This document shows, piece by piece, positions 49,749-62,419 of a stretch of DNA of 64,000 nucleotides; positions within the stretch are counted from its first letter, which is position 1, and the number at the start of each line of letters is the position of its first letter. Position numbers and translations under genes: made by a program. This stretch comes from Squalus acanthias (lineage: Eukaryota): positions 55,988,001 to 56,052,000 of the forward strand of contig CM059432.1 of assembly GCA_030390025.1 (NCBI GenBank). The letters are read 5' to 3'. Below the pieces are notes generated by a model. It was not told the origin of the DNA. It made no database searches and saw only the letters and a list, made by a program, of their open reading frames with translations.

Positions 49749-52700
49749 TAGAATCATAGAATGATACAGCACAGAAGGAGGCCATTCTGCCTATCGTGCC
49801 AGTGGCGGCTCTTTGAAACAGCTATCCAATTATTCCCACTCCCTTGTTCATTCACCATAGCCATGCAAATTTTTGCTTTTCAAGTATTTATCTAGTTCCC
49901 TTTTGAAAGTTATTGAATCTGCTTCCACCACCCAAGTAACATTCGTGCCACACAAGTGCCAGGCAATGACCATCTCCAATAAGAGCGTCTAACCACCTCC
50001 CCTTGACGTTCAACTGCTGATTACCACCTACCGCCCTCCCTCGGCTGATTGGAAGAAGCACAGAGTAGCAAGGGCACAGAATGTACGCTGGATGGGGGAC
50101 TTCAATGTCCATCACCAAGAGTGGCTCGGTAGCACCACTACTGACCGAGCTGGCCGAGTCCTGAAGGACATAACTGCCAGTCTGGGCCTGCGACAGGTGC
50201 TGAGAGAACCAACACGAAAAACCTACTTGACCTCGTCCTCACCAATCTACCTGTCGCAAATGTATCTGTCCATGACCATATTGATAGCAGTGACCACCGC
50301 ACAGTCATTGTGGAGATGAAGTCCTGTCTTCACACGCGTGTTGTGTGGCACTACCACCGTGCTAAATAGGATAGATTCAGAACAGATCTAGCAGCTCAAA
50401 ACTAGGCATCCATGAGGCGCTGTGGGCCATCAGCAGCAGCAGAATTGTATTCCACCACAATCTGGAACCTCATGACCCGCATATCCCTCACTCTACCACC
50501 ATTACCATCAAGCCAGGGGAACAACCCTGGTTCAATAAGAAGTGGAGAAGAGCAGGCGTAGCTAAAAATGAGGTGCCAACCTGGGGAAGCTGCAACACAG
50601 GACTACATGCATGCTAAAAAGCGGAAGCAGCATGCTATAAACAGGGCTAAGCGAGCCCACAATCAACGGATCAGATCAAAGCTCTGCAGTCCTGCCACAT
50701 CCAGTCATGAATGGTGGTGGACCATTAAACAACTAACTGGAGGAGGAGGCTCCATGAATATCCCCATCCTCAATGATGGTGAAGCCCAGTACATGAGAAC
50801 AAAAGACAAGGCTGAAGCGTTTCCAACCATCTTCAGCCAGAAGTGCTGAGTGGATGATCCACTTCGGCCTACTCCTGAGGTCCCCACCATCACAGAAGCC
50901 AGTCTTCAGCCAATTTGATTCACTCCACGTGATATCAAGAAACGGCTGAGCGCACCATATATGGGCCCCGACAACATCCCGGCTATCGTGCTGAAGACTT
51001 GTGCTCCAGAACTAGCTACGCCTCTAGCCAAGCTGTTCCAGTACAGTTACAACACTGGCATCTATCGACAATGTGGAAAACTGCCCAGGTATGTCCTGTC
51101 CACAAAAAGCAGGACAAATCCAACCCGACCAATTACCGCCCCAACAGTCTACTCTCAATCATCAGCAAAGTGATGGAAGGCGTCATCGACAGTGCTATCA
51201 AACGGCACTTACCAATAACCTGCTCACTGATGCCCAGTTTGAGTTCCGCCAAGACCACTCTGCTCCCGACCTCATTATAGCCTTGGTCCAAACATGGACA
51301 AAGGAGCTGAATTCCAGAGGTGAGGTGAGAGTGACTGCCCTTGACATCAAGGCAGCATTTGACCGAGTGTGGCATCAAGGAGCCCTAGTAAAAGTGAAGT
51401 CAATGGGAATCGGGGGAAAATGCTCCACTGGCTGGAGTCATACCTAGCACAAAGGAAGATGGTTGTGGTGGTTGAAGGTCAATCATCACAGCCCCAGGCC
51501 ATCGCTGCAGAAGTTCCTCAGTGCAGTGTCCTAGGCCCAACCATCTTCAGTTACTTCATCAATGACCTTCCCTCCAACATAAAGTCAGAAATGGGGATGT
51601 TCGCTGATGACTGCACAGTGTTCAGTGCCATTCACAACTCCTCAGAAAATGAAGCAGTCCATGCCCGCATGCAACAAGACTTGGATGACGTTCAGGCTTG
51701 GGCTGATAAGTGGCAGGTAACATTCGCGCCACAGAAGTCCCAGACAATGACTATCTCCAACAAGCGAGAGTCTAACCACCTCCCCTTGACATTCAATGGT
51801 ATTACCATCGCCGAATCCCCCACCATCGACATCCTGGGGGTCACCATTGACCAGAAACTTAACTGGACCAGCCACATAAATACTGTAGGACCAAGAGCAG
51901 GTCAGAGGCTAGGTATTCTGTGGCAAGTGTTTCACCTCCTGACTTCCCAAAGCCTTTCCACCATCTACAAGGCACAAGTAAGGAGTGTGATGGAATACTC
52001 TCCACTTCCCTGGATGAGTGCAGCCCTCCTCCAGTTAAGTATTGTTATTCTAGATTGCTCCTTGTCCTTCTCCATAATTAATCTAAACCTTACGATACTA
52101 TGACATCTACCACCTAAAAGGACAAGGGCAGCAGGCGCATGGGAACACCACCACCTCCAAGTCCCCCCTCCAAGTCACACACCATCCTGACTTGGAAATA
52201 TATTCTCATTCCTTCATCATCGCTGGGCTAAAATCCTGGAATTCCCAACCTAACAGCACTGTGGGCGTACCTTCACCACACAGACTGCAGTGGTTCAAGA
52301 AGGCGGCTCACCACCACCTTCTCGAGGGCAATGAGGAATGGGCAATAAATGTTGGCTTTGCCAGTGACTCCCACATCCCATGAATGAATTTTTTTTTAAA
52401 CTTTCAGGCCGTGCATTGCAGATCATCATAACTCGCTGCATTTTTTTTTCCTCATGTCGCCTCTTGTTCTTATGCAACTACCTTAAATCTGTGTCCTCTG
52501 GTTACTCACCCTTCAGCCACTGGAAACAGTTTCTTCTTATTTGCTTTATCAAAATCCTTCAAGATTTTGAACACCTCTATCTCCCCTTAACATTCTCTGT
52601 TCTAAGGAGAACAACCCCAGCTTCTCTAGTCTCTCCACGTAACTGAAGTCTTTCATCCCTGGTACCATTCTAGTAAATCTCCTCTGCACCCTCTCTAAGG

Positions 52701-53620
52701 CCTTGACATCCTTGCTAAAGTGTGGTGCCCAGAATTGGCCACAATACTCCAGCTAGGACCTAACCAGTGTTTTATAAAGGTTTAGTAAAACTTCCTTGCT
52801 TTTATACTTTATGCCTCTATTTATAAAGTCAAGGATCCCGTATGCCTTTTTAACAGCCTTCTCAACTTGTTCTGCCACTTCAAAGACTTGTGTACGTACA
52901 CCCCCAGGTCTCTCTGTTCCCCCTTTAAAATTGTACCATTTCGTTTATATTGCCTCTTCTCATTCTTCATACTTCTGTGTTAAATTTCGTCTGCATGGGT
53001 CTGCTCATTTCACCAGCCTTGTCCTCCCGAATTCTGTTACTATCCTCCTCACTGTTTACTAGATTTCCGAGTTTTGTGTCATCTGTAAACTTTGAAATTA
53101 TGCCCAGTATACCCAAGTCCAGGTCATTAATATATATTAAAAAGAGTAGTGGTACCAACACCGACCCCGGGGACACACCACTGCACACTTCCTTCCGGTC
53201 TAAAAAGCAACTGCTCACCACTACTCTCTGCTTTCTGTTCCAAGGCCAATTTCATATCCACACAGCCGCTGCCCCTTTACTCCCATGGGCTTCAATATTG
53301 CTAACAAATCCATCATGTCTTTTATCAAAACGTCTTTTGAAAGTCCAATTGCATCAACACGCACTACCCTCATCCACCCTCTCCGTTACTTCATCAAAGA
53401 GCTCAATCAAGTTAGTCAAACATGATTTGCCTTTAACAAATCAGTGCTGGCTTTCATTTATTAACCCATATTTTTCCAAGTGCATAGAAATTTTGTCCTG
53501 GATTAATGTCTCAAAGTTTCCCACCCCCCGACATTGGGCTGACTGGCCTGTAATTGCCAGGTTTATCCCTCTCCCTTTTTTGAACAGGGGTGTAACATTT
53601 GCAATTTTGCCGTCCTCTGG
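49749..53620 (-). mobile_element. CR1 LINE split by the 49934-52400 insertion
   Basis: Host reads ...cttccaccaccc|ctttcaggccgtgcattgcagatc across the insert; KFTDDTKLG motif. Confidence 0.85.
49934..52400 (+). mobile_element. Non-LTR LINE, second family (endonuclease-end + RT), copy 1
   Basis: GDFNVHH, EWWWTIKQL, ALDIKAAFDRVWH, FADD; tail gggcaataaa...gaatgaat. Confidence 0.9.
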
Positions 53621-54057
53621 TTCTCTAAGGATGTAATCGATTCAGACATGGTGCCAAAAAATGGTAAACAATGATTTGTTTTTTGAAAATCACATCAAAC
53701 ATATGTTGGCACATAAGAGATCAAAACAATATTACCCCATTGATCTCTGGACAGCGTTCGTAGTTAAGTTGGTGGCGTGATCGACTCCAGTTCTCTGTCT
53801 ACTTTAGTGGTGAGCAAAGTATGGCCCGCAGACCGTATGTGGCCCGCTGGACGCGACAGAAATAGAACATGAGTCGGAGCTAGAGCTGCACATTAGCCTA
53901 TCCACTTTCACTTCTCGTGGGTCAGAGACAGACCCGAACTGCAGCCAGGGAACACACAGTAATACTTAATTCAATTTATCAATTCTCAAAAGCGATTTCC
54001 CCAGCCCGATCTTAAAATGATTCGTTCTGCGATTCTGGGCCCCAATGGCGAACATCC

Positions 54058-54076
54058 ATACCCAGAATGCACTACA
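54058..54076 (+). promoter_or_regulatory. ZNF143/Staf binding site-like motif upstream of the TPP2 fragment
   Basis: ATACCCAGAATGCACTACA fits the SBS consensus YYWCCCRNMATSCMYYRCR at 18/19 positions; YY1-like AATGGCG at 54044-54050. Confidence 0.55.
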
Positions 54077-54112
54077 TACTCGAATATGCCCTATCCATTT
54101 TAGAGTCAAGTC

Positions 54113-54257
54113 ATGGCTGCTCATCTCGATGACTCTTTTACCGAAGAAAGAGACCGGCGCTGTGTCTTTCCTCTTTCGGTACCCAGAGTACGACAGCAGG
54201 AGGGTTCTCATTGCCAACTTAGACACAGGAGTGGATCCCGGAGCACAAGGACTCCAG
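54113..54257 (+). pseudogene. TPP2: Tripeptidyl-peptidase II exon 1 fragment, frameshifted and unprocessed
   Basis: gtcATGg MAAHLDDSF, then a frameshift, then [40 protein letters not shown] followed by CAG|gtaatg; matches TPP2 [39 protein letters not shown]. Confidence 0.85.
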
Positions 54258-54463
54258 GTAATGGCACGTGATTGTAGCTTAGGCCATGCGAAGCCTTAGC
54301 CTCCCGTACTCAGCACTAAAAAGAGAACACCTCTCGCATCGGAGGCCCCACACTCAAGCCACTCTGCCAAACAGCCACGTAGACTTTCAGTACAACTTAT
54401 AATCAATCAATCAATCATTTAATTCATTTAGTAATGGAATGTTTTACTATTTTACATTACATT

Positions 54464-56641
54464 TCTTCACACCGAGGACACCCTCCATCATGTTGTGTGG
54501 CACTACCACCGTGCTAAATGGGATAGATTCAGAACAGACCTAGCAGCTCAAGACTGGGCATCCATGAGGTGCTGTGGGCCATCAGCCGCAGCAGAATTGT
54601 ATTCCACCACAATCTGTAATCTCATGGCCCAGCATATCCCTCACTCTACCATTACCATCAAGCCAGGGGACCAACCCTGGTTCAATAAGGAGTGCAGAAG
54701 AGCATGCCAGGAGCAGCACGAGGTGTACCTAAAAATGAGGTGCCAACCTGGGGAAGCTGCAACACATGACTACATGCATGCTAAAAAGTGGAAGCAGCAT
54801 GCTATAGACAGGGCTAAGCGATCCCACAATCAACGGATCAGATCAAAGCTCTGCAGTCCTGCCACATCCACTCGTGAATGGTGGTGGACCATTAAACAAC
54901 TAACGGGAGGAGGAGGCTCCATAAATATCCCCATCCTCAATGATGGTGGAGACCAGCACATGAGTACAAAAGACAAGGCTGAAGCGTTTGCAACCATCTT
55001 CAGCCTGAAGTGCCGAGTGGATGATCCACTCAGCCTACTCCTGAGGTCCCCACCATCACAGAAGCCAGTCTTCGGCCAATTCGATTCACTCCACGTGATA
55101 TCAAGAAACGGCTGAGCGCACTGGATATAGCAAAGGCTATCGTGCTGAAGACTTGTGCTCCAGAATGAGCCGCGCCTCTAGCCAAGCTGTTCCAGTACAG
55201 CTACAACACTGGCGTCTATCGACAATGTGGAAAACTGCCCAGGTATGTCCTGTCCACAAAAAGCAGGACAAATCCAACCCGACCAATTACCGCCCCATCA
55301 GTCTACTCTCAATCATCAGCAAAGTGATGGAATGTGTCATCGACAGTGCTATCAAGCGGCACTTACTCACCAATAACCTGCTCACTGATGCCCAGTTTTG
55401 GTTCCGCCAAGACCACTCGGCTCCCGACCTCATTACAGCCTTGGTCCAAACATCGACAAAGGAGCTGAATTCCAGAGGTGAGGTGAGAGTGACTGCCCTT
55501 GACATCAAGGCAGTATTTGACCAAGTGTGGCATCAAGGAGCCCTAATAAAACTGAAGTCAATGGAAATCGGGGGGAAAACGCTCCACTGGCTGGAGTCAT
55601 ACCTAGCACAAAGGAAGATGGTTGTGGTGGTTGAAGGTCAATCATCATAGCCCCAGGACATCGCTGCAGGAGTTCCTCAGGGCGGTGTCCTAGGCCCAAC
55701 CATCTTCAGCTGCTTCATCAATGACCTTCACTCCAACATAAAGTCAGAAATGGGGATGTTCGCTGATGACTGCAGAGTGTTCAGCGCCATTCACAACTCC
55801 TCAGATAATGAAGCAGTCCATGCCCGCATGCAACAAGACCTGGACGACGTTCAGGCTTGGGCTGATAAGTGGCAGGTAACATTCGCACCACAGAAATGCC
55901 AGGCAATGACTATCTCCAACAAGCGAGAGTCTAACCACCTTCCCTTGACATTCAACGGTATTACCATCGCCGAATCCCCCACCATCAACATCCTGGGGGT
56001 AATCATTGACCAGAAACTTAACTGGACCAGCCACATAAATACTGTGGCAACAAGAGCAGATCAGAGGCTAGGTATTCTGCGGCGAGTGTCTCACCTCCTG
56101 ACTCCCCAAAGCCTTTCCACCATCTACAAGGCACAAGTAAGGAGTGTGATGGAATACTCTCCACTTGCCTGGATGAGTGCAGCTCCAACAACACTCAAGA
56201 AGCTCGACACCATCCAGGACAAAGCAGCTCTCTTGATTGGTACCCCATCCACCACTGGTGTACCGTGGCTGCAGTGTGTACCATCTACAAGATGCACTGA
56301 GGCAACTCACCAAGGCTTCTTCGGCAGCACCTCCCAAAACGGCGACCTCTTCCACCTAGAAAGACAAGGGCAGCAGGCGCATGGGAACACCACCACCTCC
56401 AAGTTCCCCTCCAAGTCGCACACCATCCTGACTTAGAAGTATATCGCCCATCCTTCATCATCGCTGGGTCAAAATCCTGGAACTCCTTACCTAACAGCAC
56501 TGTGGGAGTACCTTCACCACACGGACTGCATTGGTTCAAGAAGGCGGCTCACCACCACCTTCTCAAGGGCAATTAGGGATGGGCAATAAAGGCTGGCCTT
56601 GCCAGCGACGCCCATATCCCATAAAAACGAATTTAAAAAAA
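54464..56641 (+). mobile_element. Same LINE family, copy 2
   Basis: ORFs 54495-56436 near-identical to copy 1; possible 6-bp TSD acattt. Confidence 0.9.
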
Positions 56642-57677
56642 CATTTTGTGTATTTAAGATAGTATCTGACTGCTACCTTCCTCATTGGACCGGAAACATA
56701 CTGATCAAGAATCTTGTACACATTTCAGGAATTCCTCCCTCTCTCTGCCCTTTACACTTTTATTTTCCCAGTCAATATTAGGATAATTAAAATCCCCCAT
56801 TAGCATTACTCTAAAGTTCTTCCATCTTTCTGCAATTTGCCTGCTAATTTTCTCCTCAGTCACCTTCCCACTAATTGGTGGCCTACAGTATACACCCAGC
56901 AGTGTAATAGCTCCTCTATTGTTCCTTAATTCTAATCAGATTCACAGAATCCCCACAGTGCAGATAGAGGCCATTTCGGCCCATCGAGCCTGCACCGACA
57001 CATATCCCACCCTATCCCCGTAACCCCACGTATTTAATCCCCCCCTAACACTAAGCGTCAATTTATTCTGTCTTTGAACTCTCAAGTACATTATCCCTTT
57101 ATACTGCTGTAACAGTATATTTCATCAATACTACCACCTCCGCTATTTTTTTTCCTTCCCTATCTTTCCTGAATACGTTGTAGCCAGGAATATTAAGTGC
57201 CCATTCCACCCCTTGTTTGAGCCAGGTCTCCATTATTGCCATGTGACAACTTGTGCCTGCTCACCAACCTTGTTTACTCCGCTCCGGCATTTAAGCACAT
57301 GCACCCCAAACCCATCTTAGTCTGCCTCACATTTCCCCCCGTCTGATCCCTCCTATTTATGAAGTACTCTTTATTTTAATGCTATTTGTCTCTCCCAGTC
57401 CTCTGTGCACCTTGTATCTCCCCTCTAATTAGTTTAAACCCTCCCCCACAGCACTAGTTAACCTCTCTGCGAGAACATTGGTCCCAGCTCTGTTGAGGTG
57501 CAATTTTGTACAGGTCCCACCTGCCTCAGAACTGGAATCTGAAGCCCTCCTCATGCACCATTTCTCCAGCCACGCATTAACCTGTCATGTTCTACTGTTC
57601 CTATACTCGCTAGCACGTGGCACTGGGAGTAGTCCAGAGATTACTACCATTTGAGGTCCAGTTCTTGAACTATATAG

Positions 57678-58115
57678 TTTTTTTTTAATGGATGTGGGTG
57701 TCGCTGACAAGTCCGGCATTTATTGCCCATCTCTAATTGCCCTTGAGAAGGTGGTGGTGAGCCACCTTCTTGAACCACTGCAGTCCGTGAGGTGAAGGTA
57801 CTGTGCTGTTAGTACAACTGAGTGGCTTGCTAGGCCATTTCAGAGGGCAGTTAAGAGTCAACCACATTGCTGTGGGTCTGGAGTCACATATAGGCCAGAC
57901 TGGGTAAGGACATTAGTGAACCAGATGGGTTTTTACGACAATCCAGTAGTTTCATGGTCACCATTACTGATACTAGTTTTTCATTCCAGATTTCTTAGTT
58001 AACTGAATTTAAATTCCCCAGCTGCCGTGGTGCAATTTGAACGTACGTCCTCCGGATCATTCGGCCAGTCCTCTGGATTACTAGTCTAGTAACATAACCA
58101 TTATGCTATCGTACC
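57678..58115 (-). mobile_element. Full-length tRNA-derived SINE with tail of the second LINE family
   Basis: Head gcataatggttatgttactagactagtaatccagagg...cgttcaaat; tail matches 56500-56620. Confidence 0.75.
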
Positions 58116-59220
58116 TGCTTCCCTTCCTCCCTAACTGCTGAAACTCTGTCTGAAGGACCTCAACCCTTTTCCTACCTACGTCATTAGTTCCGACATGGAC
58201 CATGACTTCTGGCTGATGCCCCCGCAAAATGCTCTTCACCCGTTCAGTGATGTCCCTTCCCCCGGCAACAGGGAGGCAACACACCATGCGAGACTCACGT
58301 TGGAGGTTGCAGAAACTCCTGTCTATCCCCTATGACCACTGCATTTCTACATTTTGCTGTACCCCCCTGTGCAGTCATTTGTCCTACGGTGCCACAGATT
58401 ATTAGGGACAAAGAAGGTGATATATGCTTAGAGGCGCAGGGCAAGGCTAGAATACTCAATGAGTACTCTGTATCAGTGTTTACTAAGGAGGTCATGATGC
58501 GGAGGACTAAGGAGGTGGATGCTGACAAAATATCGGTAGAAGTGGAAAAGGTAGAAGCAATGGAAGGGGTGAAAATTGATTAACAGGATGTACTAGAAAG
58601 ACTGGGTATGCTTAGAGTGGATAAGTCACCTAGCCCAGATGGCTTGCATCCCAGGTTGCTAAGGGAATTGGGGGAGGAGATAACAGAAGGGCTTGCCATA
58701 ATTTTCCAATCTTCCCTAGATGCGGGGGAGGTGCCTGAGGATTGGAAAGTGGCAAATGTGACACCATTGTTCAAGAAAGGGTGTCAGGACATTCCTAGTA
58801 ACTACAGGCCAGTCCGTTTAACATCAGTGGTGGGTAAAGTTTTAGAAACAATAATCAAGGAAAAACTTAACGAGCACTTGGAGAGGTTTAAGCTAATTAA
58901 GGAGAGCCAGCATGGATTTGTTAAAGGCAGATCGTGTTTGACTAATTGATGATGATATCAATCGACTGCAACAGGACATAGAAAGGCTAGCAGAATGGGC
59001 AGACAAGTGGCAGATTGAATTTAATGCAGAGAATTGTGAGGTGATGCATTTTGGCAGAAGGAACAGGGAGAGGCAATATACACTTAATGGCACAGTTTTA
59101 AAGAGTGTTCAGGGGCAGAGGGACCTGGGAGTTAATGTGCATAGGTCCCTGAAGGTGGTGGGACATATTGAGAGAGTGGTTAGCAAAGCATATGGGATCT
59201 TGGGCTTCATAAATAGAGGT

Positions 59221-59561
59221 CATGATGTGGAGATACCGGCGTTGGACTGGGGTGGACAAAAATGAGAAGTCGCACAACACCAGGTTATAGTCCAACAGAT
59301 TTATTTAATTTTACAAGCTTTCGAAGCAGTTCGCTCCTTCGTCAGGTAAGTTAGCAGTGAGAGAATCTCCCAGAATTCACAATTTAAACACAGACAAAAT
59401 TGTAGGGAAAAATGTGAATAGATTTTGTCTGTGTTTAAATTGTGAATTCTGGGAGATTCTCTCACTACTAACTTACCTGACGAAGGAGCGAACTGCTTCG
59501 AAAGCTTGTAAAATTAAATAAATCTGTTGGACTATAACCTGGTGTTGTGCGACTTCTCATT
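59221..59561 (-). mobile_element. Fold-back Penelope-type element (family B) with 15-bp TSD
   Basis: TSD ttcataaatagaggt at 59206-59220 and 59562-59576; ~140-bp near-perfect inverted arms around a ~20-nt loop; tail at the left end. Confidence 0.85.
59473..59511 (+). ncRNA. Minimal type-I hammerhead ribozyme motif (mirror copy on the minus strand at ~59310-59349)
   Basis: TTAC-CTGACGA-A-GGAGC(gaact)GCTTC-GAAA-GC-TT-GTAA. Confidence 0.72.
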
Positions 59562-60905
59562 TTCATAAATAGAGGTATTGAATACAAAAGTAGAGAAGTT
59601 ATGCTGAACCTTTATAAAGCGTTGGTTAGGCTAGACGGGGAAAGCCTGTTCCCACTAGTTGATGGTACAAGGACTAGGGGACATAGATTTAAGGTTTTGG
59701 GCAAGAGATACAGGGGGAAACGTGAGGAAAAACTTTTTTACGCAGCGAGTGCTGATGACCTGGAATTTGCTGCCGACGGAAGTGGTGGAAGCGGAGACAC
59801 TCAATGTTTTCAAGGGGAGACTGGATAGGCACTTGAGGGAAATAAACTTGCAGGGCTACGGGGATAGAGCGGGGGAATGGACTGACTGGATTGCTCTACA
59901 GAGAGCTGGCACGGATTCGATGGGCCGAATGTCCTCCTTCTGTGCCGTTATGACTCTATGTGCCCTAGACTGCATTCCCCATAGTGTCATCACCCTCACC
60001 GGTATTCAGCACTGAAAACCGGTTTGAAAGTACCACACGCCCAGAGGATTCCTTTACTGCCTGCCTCTTCCTACCCTGCCAAATGGTCACCCACTCCTGA
60101 ACTCTCTGTAGCTGCAGGGTGACCACCCACTGGAATGTGCGCTCCAGGAAATTCTCAGCCTCCCATATGCCCTGAATTGACTCCAGCCACTCCTCGAGCT
60201 TAGAAACCCTGAGCTTGAGTTCGAGCAATTGAAGGCGCTTCCTACACACATGGTTACCTAGGACACATGAAGTGTCCTGGAGTTCCCACATGGCACAGAA
60301 ATTACAGTCAATGGGTCTCAACTGTCCAATCATTTTGTTTAAAAGTCTTATCAACTTATTTCTTTATATAGTTTAGTATCTCCTTACTAATTTATTATTT
60401 ATTTATACCAGATTTTTATTTAAAGCAATTTGGATCCCTTTAATATTAGTATGCTCTACTTAATTTTATCCCCTTAGATCTAACTAATTAGTCTGATTAT
60501 TTATATATTTACTGTTGCCCTTGGTTTAAATTACTTAGCATCTCCTTCCCCCTCTGCACTGAATTCCCACTCTCACCAAATTCCCGTCGTCACTCTTTAG
60601 CAGATTCACCCAGCTCTGTGCTCACAGCTCTCCTTGGTCTTCTAGTTAGATTGGCCAGTGCTAATGCTATAGGAAATCATTTTTTATTTGAAGAATAACC
60701 ACTGTTTAAAGATTGATTGATAAATAGAGAGATTAAAACTAAAATTACATTTGAGAAGCATGCAATAAAACTAGTGCTAACAATACTAAAGAAAAATACG
60801 AGGAATATAGAAAGTGTAGTGAGATTTTTAAAAAAACTAATGCAGAACGAGTGGGCAAGTACAGCAAGAACTAAAGGGGAATATGAATAAAGGTTAGCAG
60901 ATAGT

Positions 60906-62033
60906 GGCCTAAATTTTTCTGGGGACTTGCACTGTTGTAATGGTGCACCTGCATCTTAGGGACCTTTGTATGGCACAAAAGAGAGGAAATTATGGAGTAA
61001 GTGACTTATGCCATTAATTAAGCCACTCCTTTTTTTCCTGGGATTTTTGTGCCACTTCGCTGTTATCTTCACCAAAAACAGAAGATAATTATCATGACTT
61101 TGCCCCCAAATGCAAACATGATTTACTGCATTTAAGCCAATTTTCACACCACTCCCACTTAGACTCAAAAATAATGGCAGTAGTGTGATGTATTGTTCCA
61201 AGACCTGGTTTAAATTCCCAATTGTTAAAAATGTATTACTGTTGCAAAGATTAAACAACTAGGATCTTTGAGTATCCACTTCCTGCATCTGGGATTTTCA
61301 ATTTTAATACTACCACGCCATTCAATTTGAGAATTTTTCAGAATTTAAATGACCCTCTTTTGTTTTCTCACATTGTTCAACCTCACTAAAGCCACTAATA
61401 CAAGAAACATATGTTTTCTAATAACTCGAATTTGCTTAATAATCACTATTGTTTAAATCAGTTATGAGTAAATTGATGTACATATACCTCAAACATTTCA
61501 TGCCCATCCACTCAGGGGAAAATCAGCATGTCTTGTAAATTTTTACTGTCCATAAAGATTTGTGATCTTCGGTCTCGTTCAAACCGAAATAATTATCAGC
61601 ACTTTTCAATAGGTTAAAAATTCACGGTTAGCTTGCTGAGATCATTTTTGCCCTCGTAATCCATGGAAATAATTTTTTCCTGAATTAATAATTTATAATG
61701 TAGCGACTTGGAGTGTCCTGAATTCATAGATCTCACACAGCAATTAAACTGACAAAGATGTCAAAACTTTAAAAGAGACATTACATTGTAGATTAAAGTT
61801 TATTTAAAAATTTACACTTTAATTCACTTACCCTCCAGAGGCTTCACATAGTGAATGTGCTGTCACTTTAGCTCTTCGATTGGCACTGGAGTGCCTGATT
61901 CACCACTATGCTCGCTACATTGTATTCTAATTAGAAAACCAGCAAAATTTGGAGCAACAGCGTGACCAGCGTGTTGGACTGTGAGATTTACAGTGTACGT
62001 TGCCAATCTCACCGTTGCAGGAAAATCTAGGCT
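60906..62033. mobile_element. ~1.1-kb Harbinger-like non-autonomous DNA transposon
   Basis: TIRs GGCCTAAATTTTTCTG / CAGGAAAATCTAGGCT (13/16); splits the CR1 remnant LAD|NIKGN with an agt/aat 3-bp duplication. Confidence 0.65.
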
Positions 62034-62419
62034 AATATAAAAGGAAATCAGAAAAAAACTTCAACTATTCTTTATAGCAAGGCTCCGGGAGGAAGAAGGC
62101 AATCTGATTGCAGAGAATGATGGTATAGCGAAGCTATTGACCCAGATTATGGTGACGAATGCCAGAAGTCAGACCATTGTGCGTCCTAATCCTCCAATGG
62201 CGAATTGACGCCAAATTTTACTGAAAAACTGATTTGAGTACCCCACAGCGCGGATAATAGCGAATCAGAAACTGGGCAGCCAATGGCCAATAAACGGATT
62301 TAATTTTAAGAAAGAGAACGCATAACGGCCATCTTCAGTTTTCTTCCTATGTACTTCATTTTTAAATCATGTTTGCAGAATTATATAGAATCAGAACTAG
62401 AATCTACAGAATCGCTGCA

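Larger units (their letters stand above)
58399..59959 (+). mobile_element. CR1 (family of 7125-9200), internally deleted, nested in the ORF1-bearing CR1
   Basis: GKARILNEY, KSPSPDGLHPRLLRE, QHGFVKGRSCLTN; degenerate TSD gtgccacaga/gtgccctaga. Confidence 0.9.
56696..60600 (-). mobile_element. 5' half of a CR1 (ORF1 zinc-finger and SGNH esterase, start of ORF2) with nested insertions
   Basis: CNFCAMWE...HVCRKRLQL (59965-60354); VCCLP..RDITERV..VHVGTND (58081-58287); GDFNYPNIDW on the minus strand near 56770-56800. Confidence 0.8.

Noticed and set aside
54045..54299. Intact 84-aa gene as given in the ORF track
   Set aside because: Only the central part is TPP2-like; the natural ATG is out of frame and the ORF runs through the splice donor.
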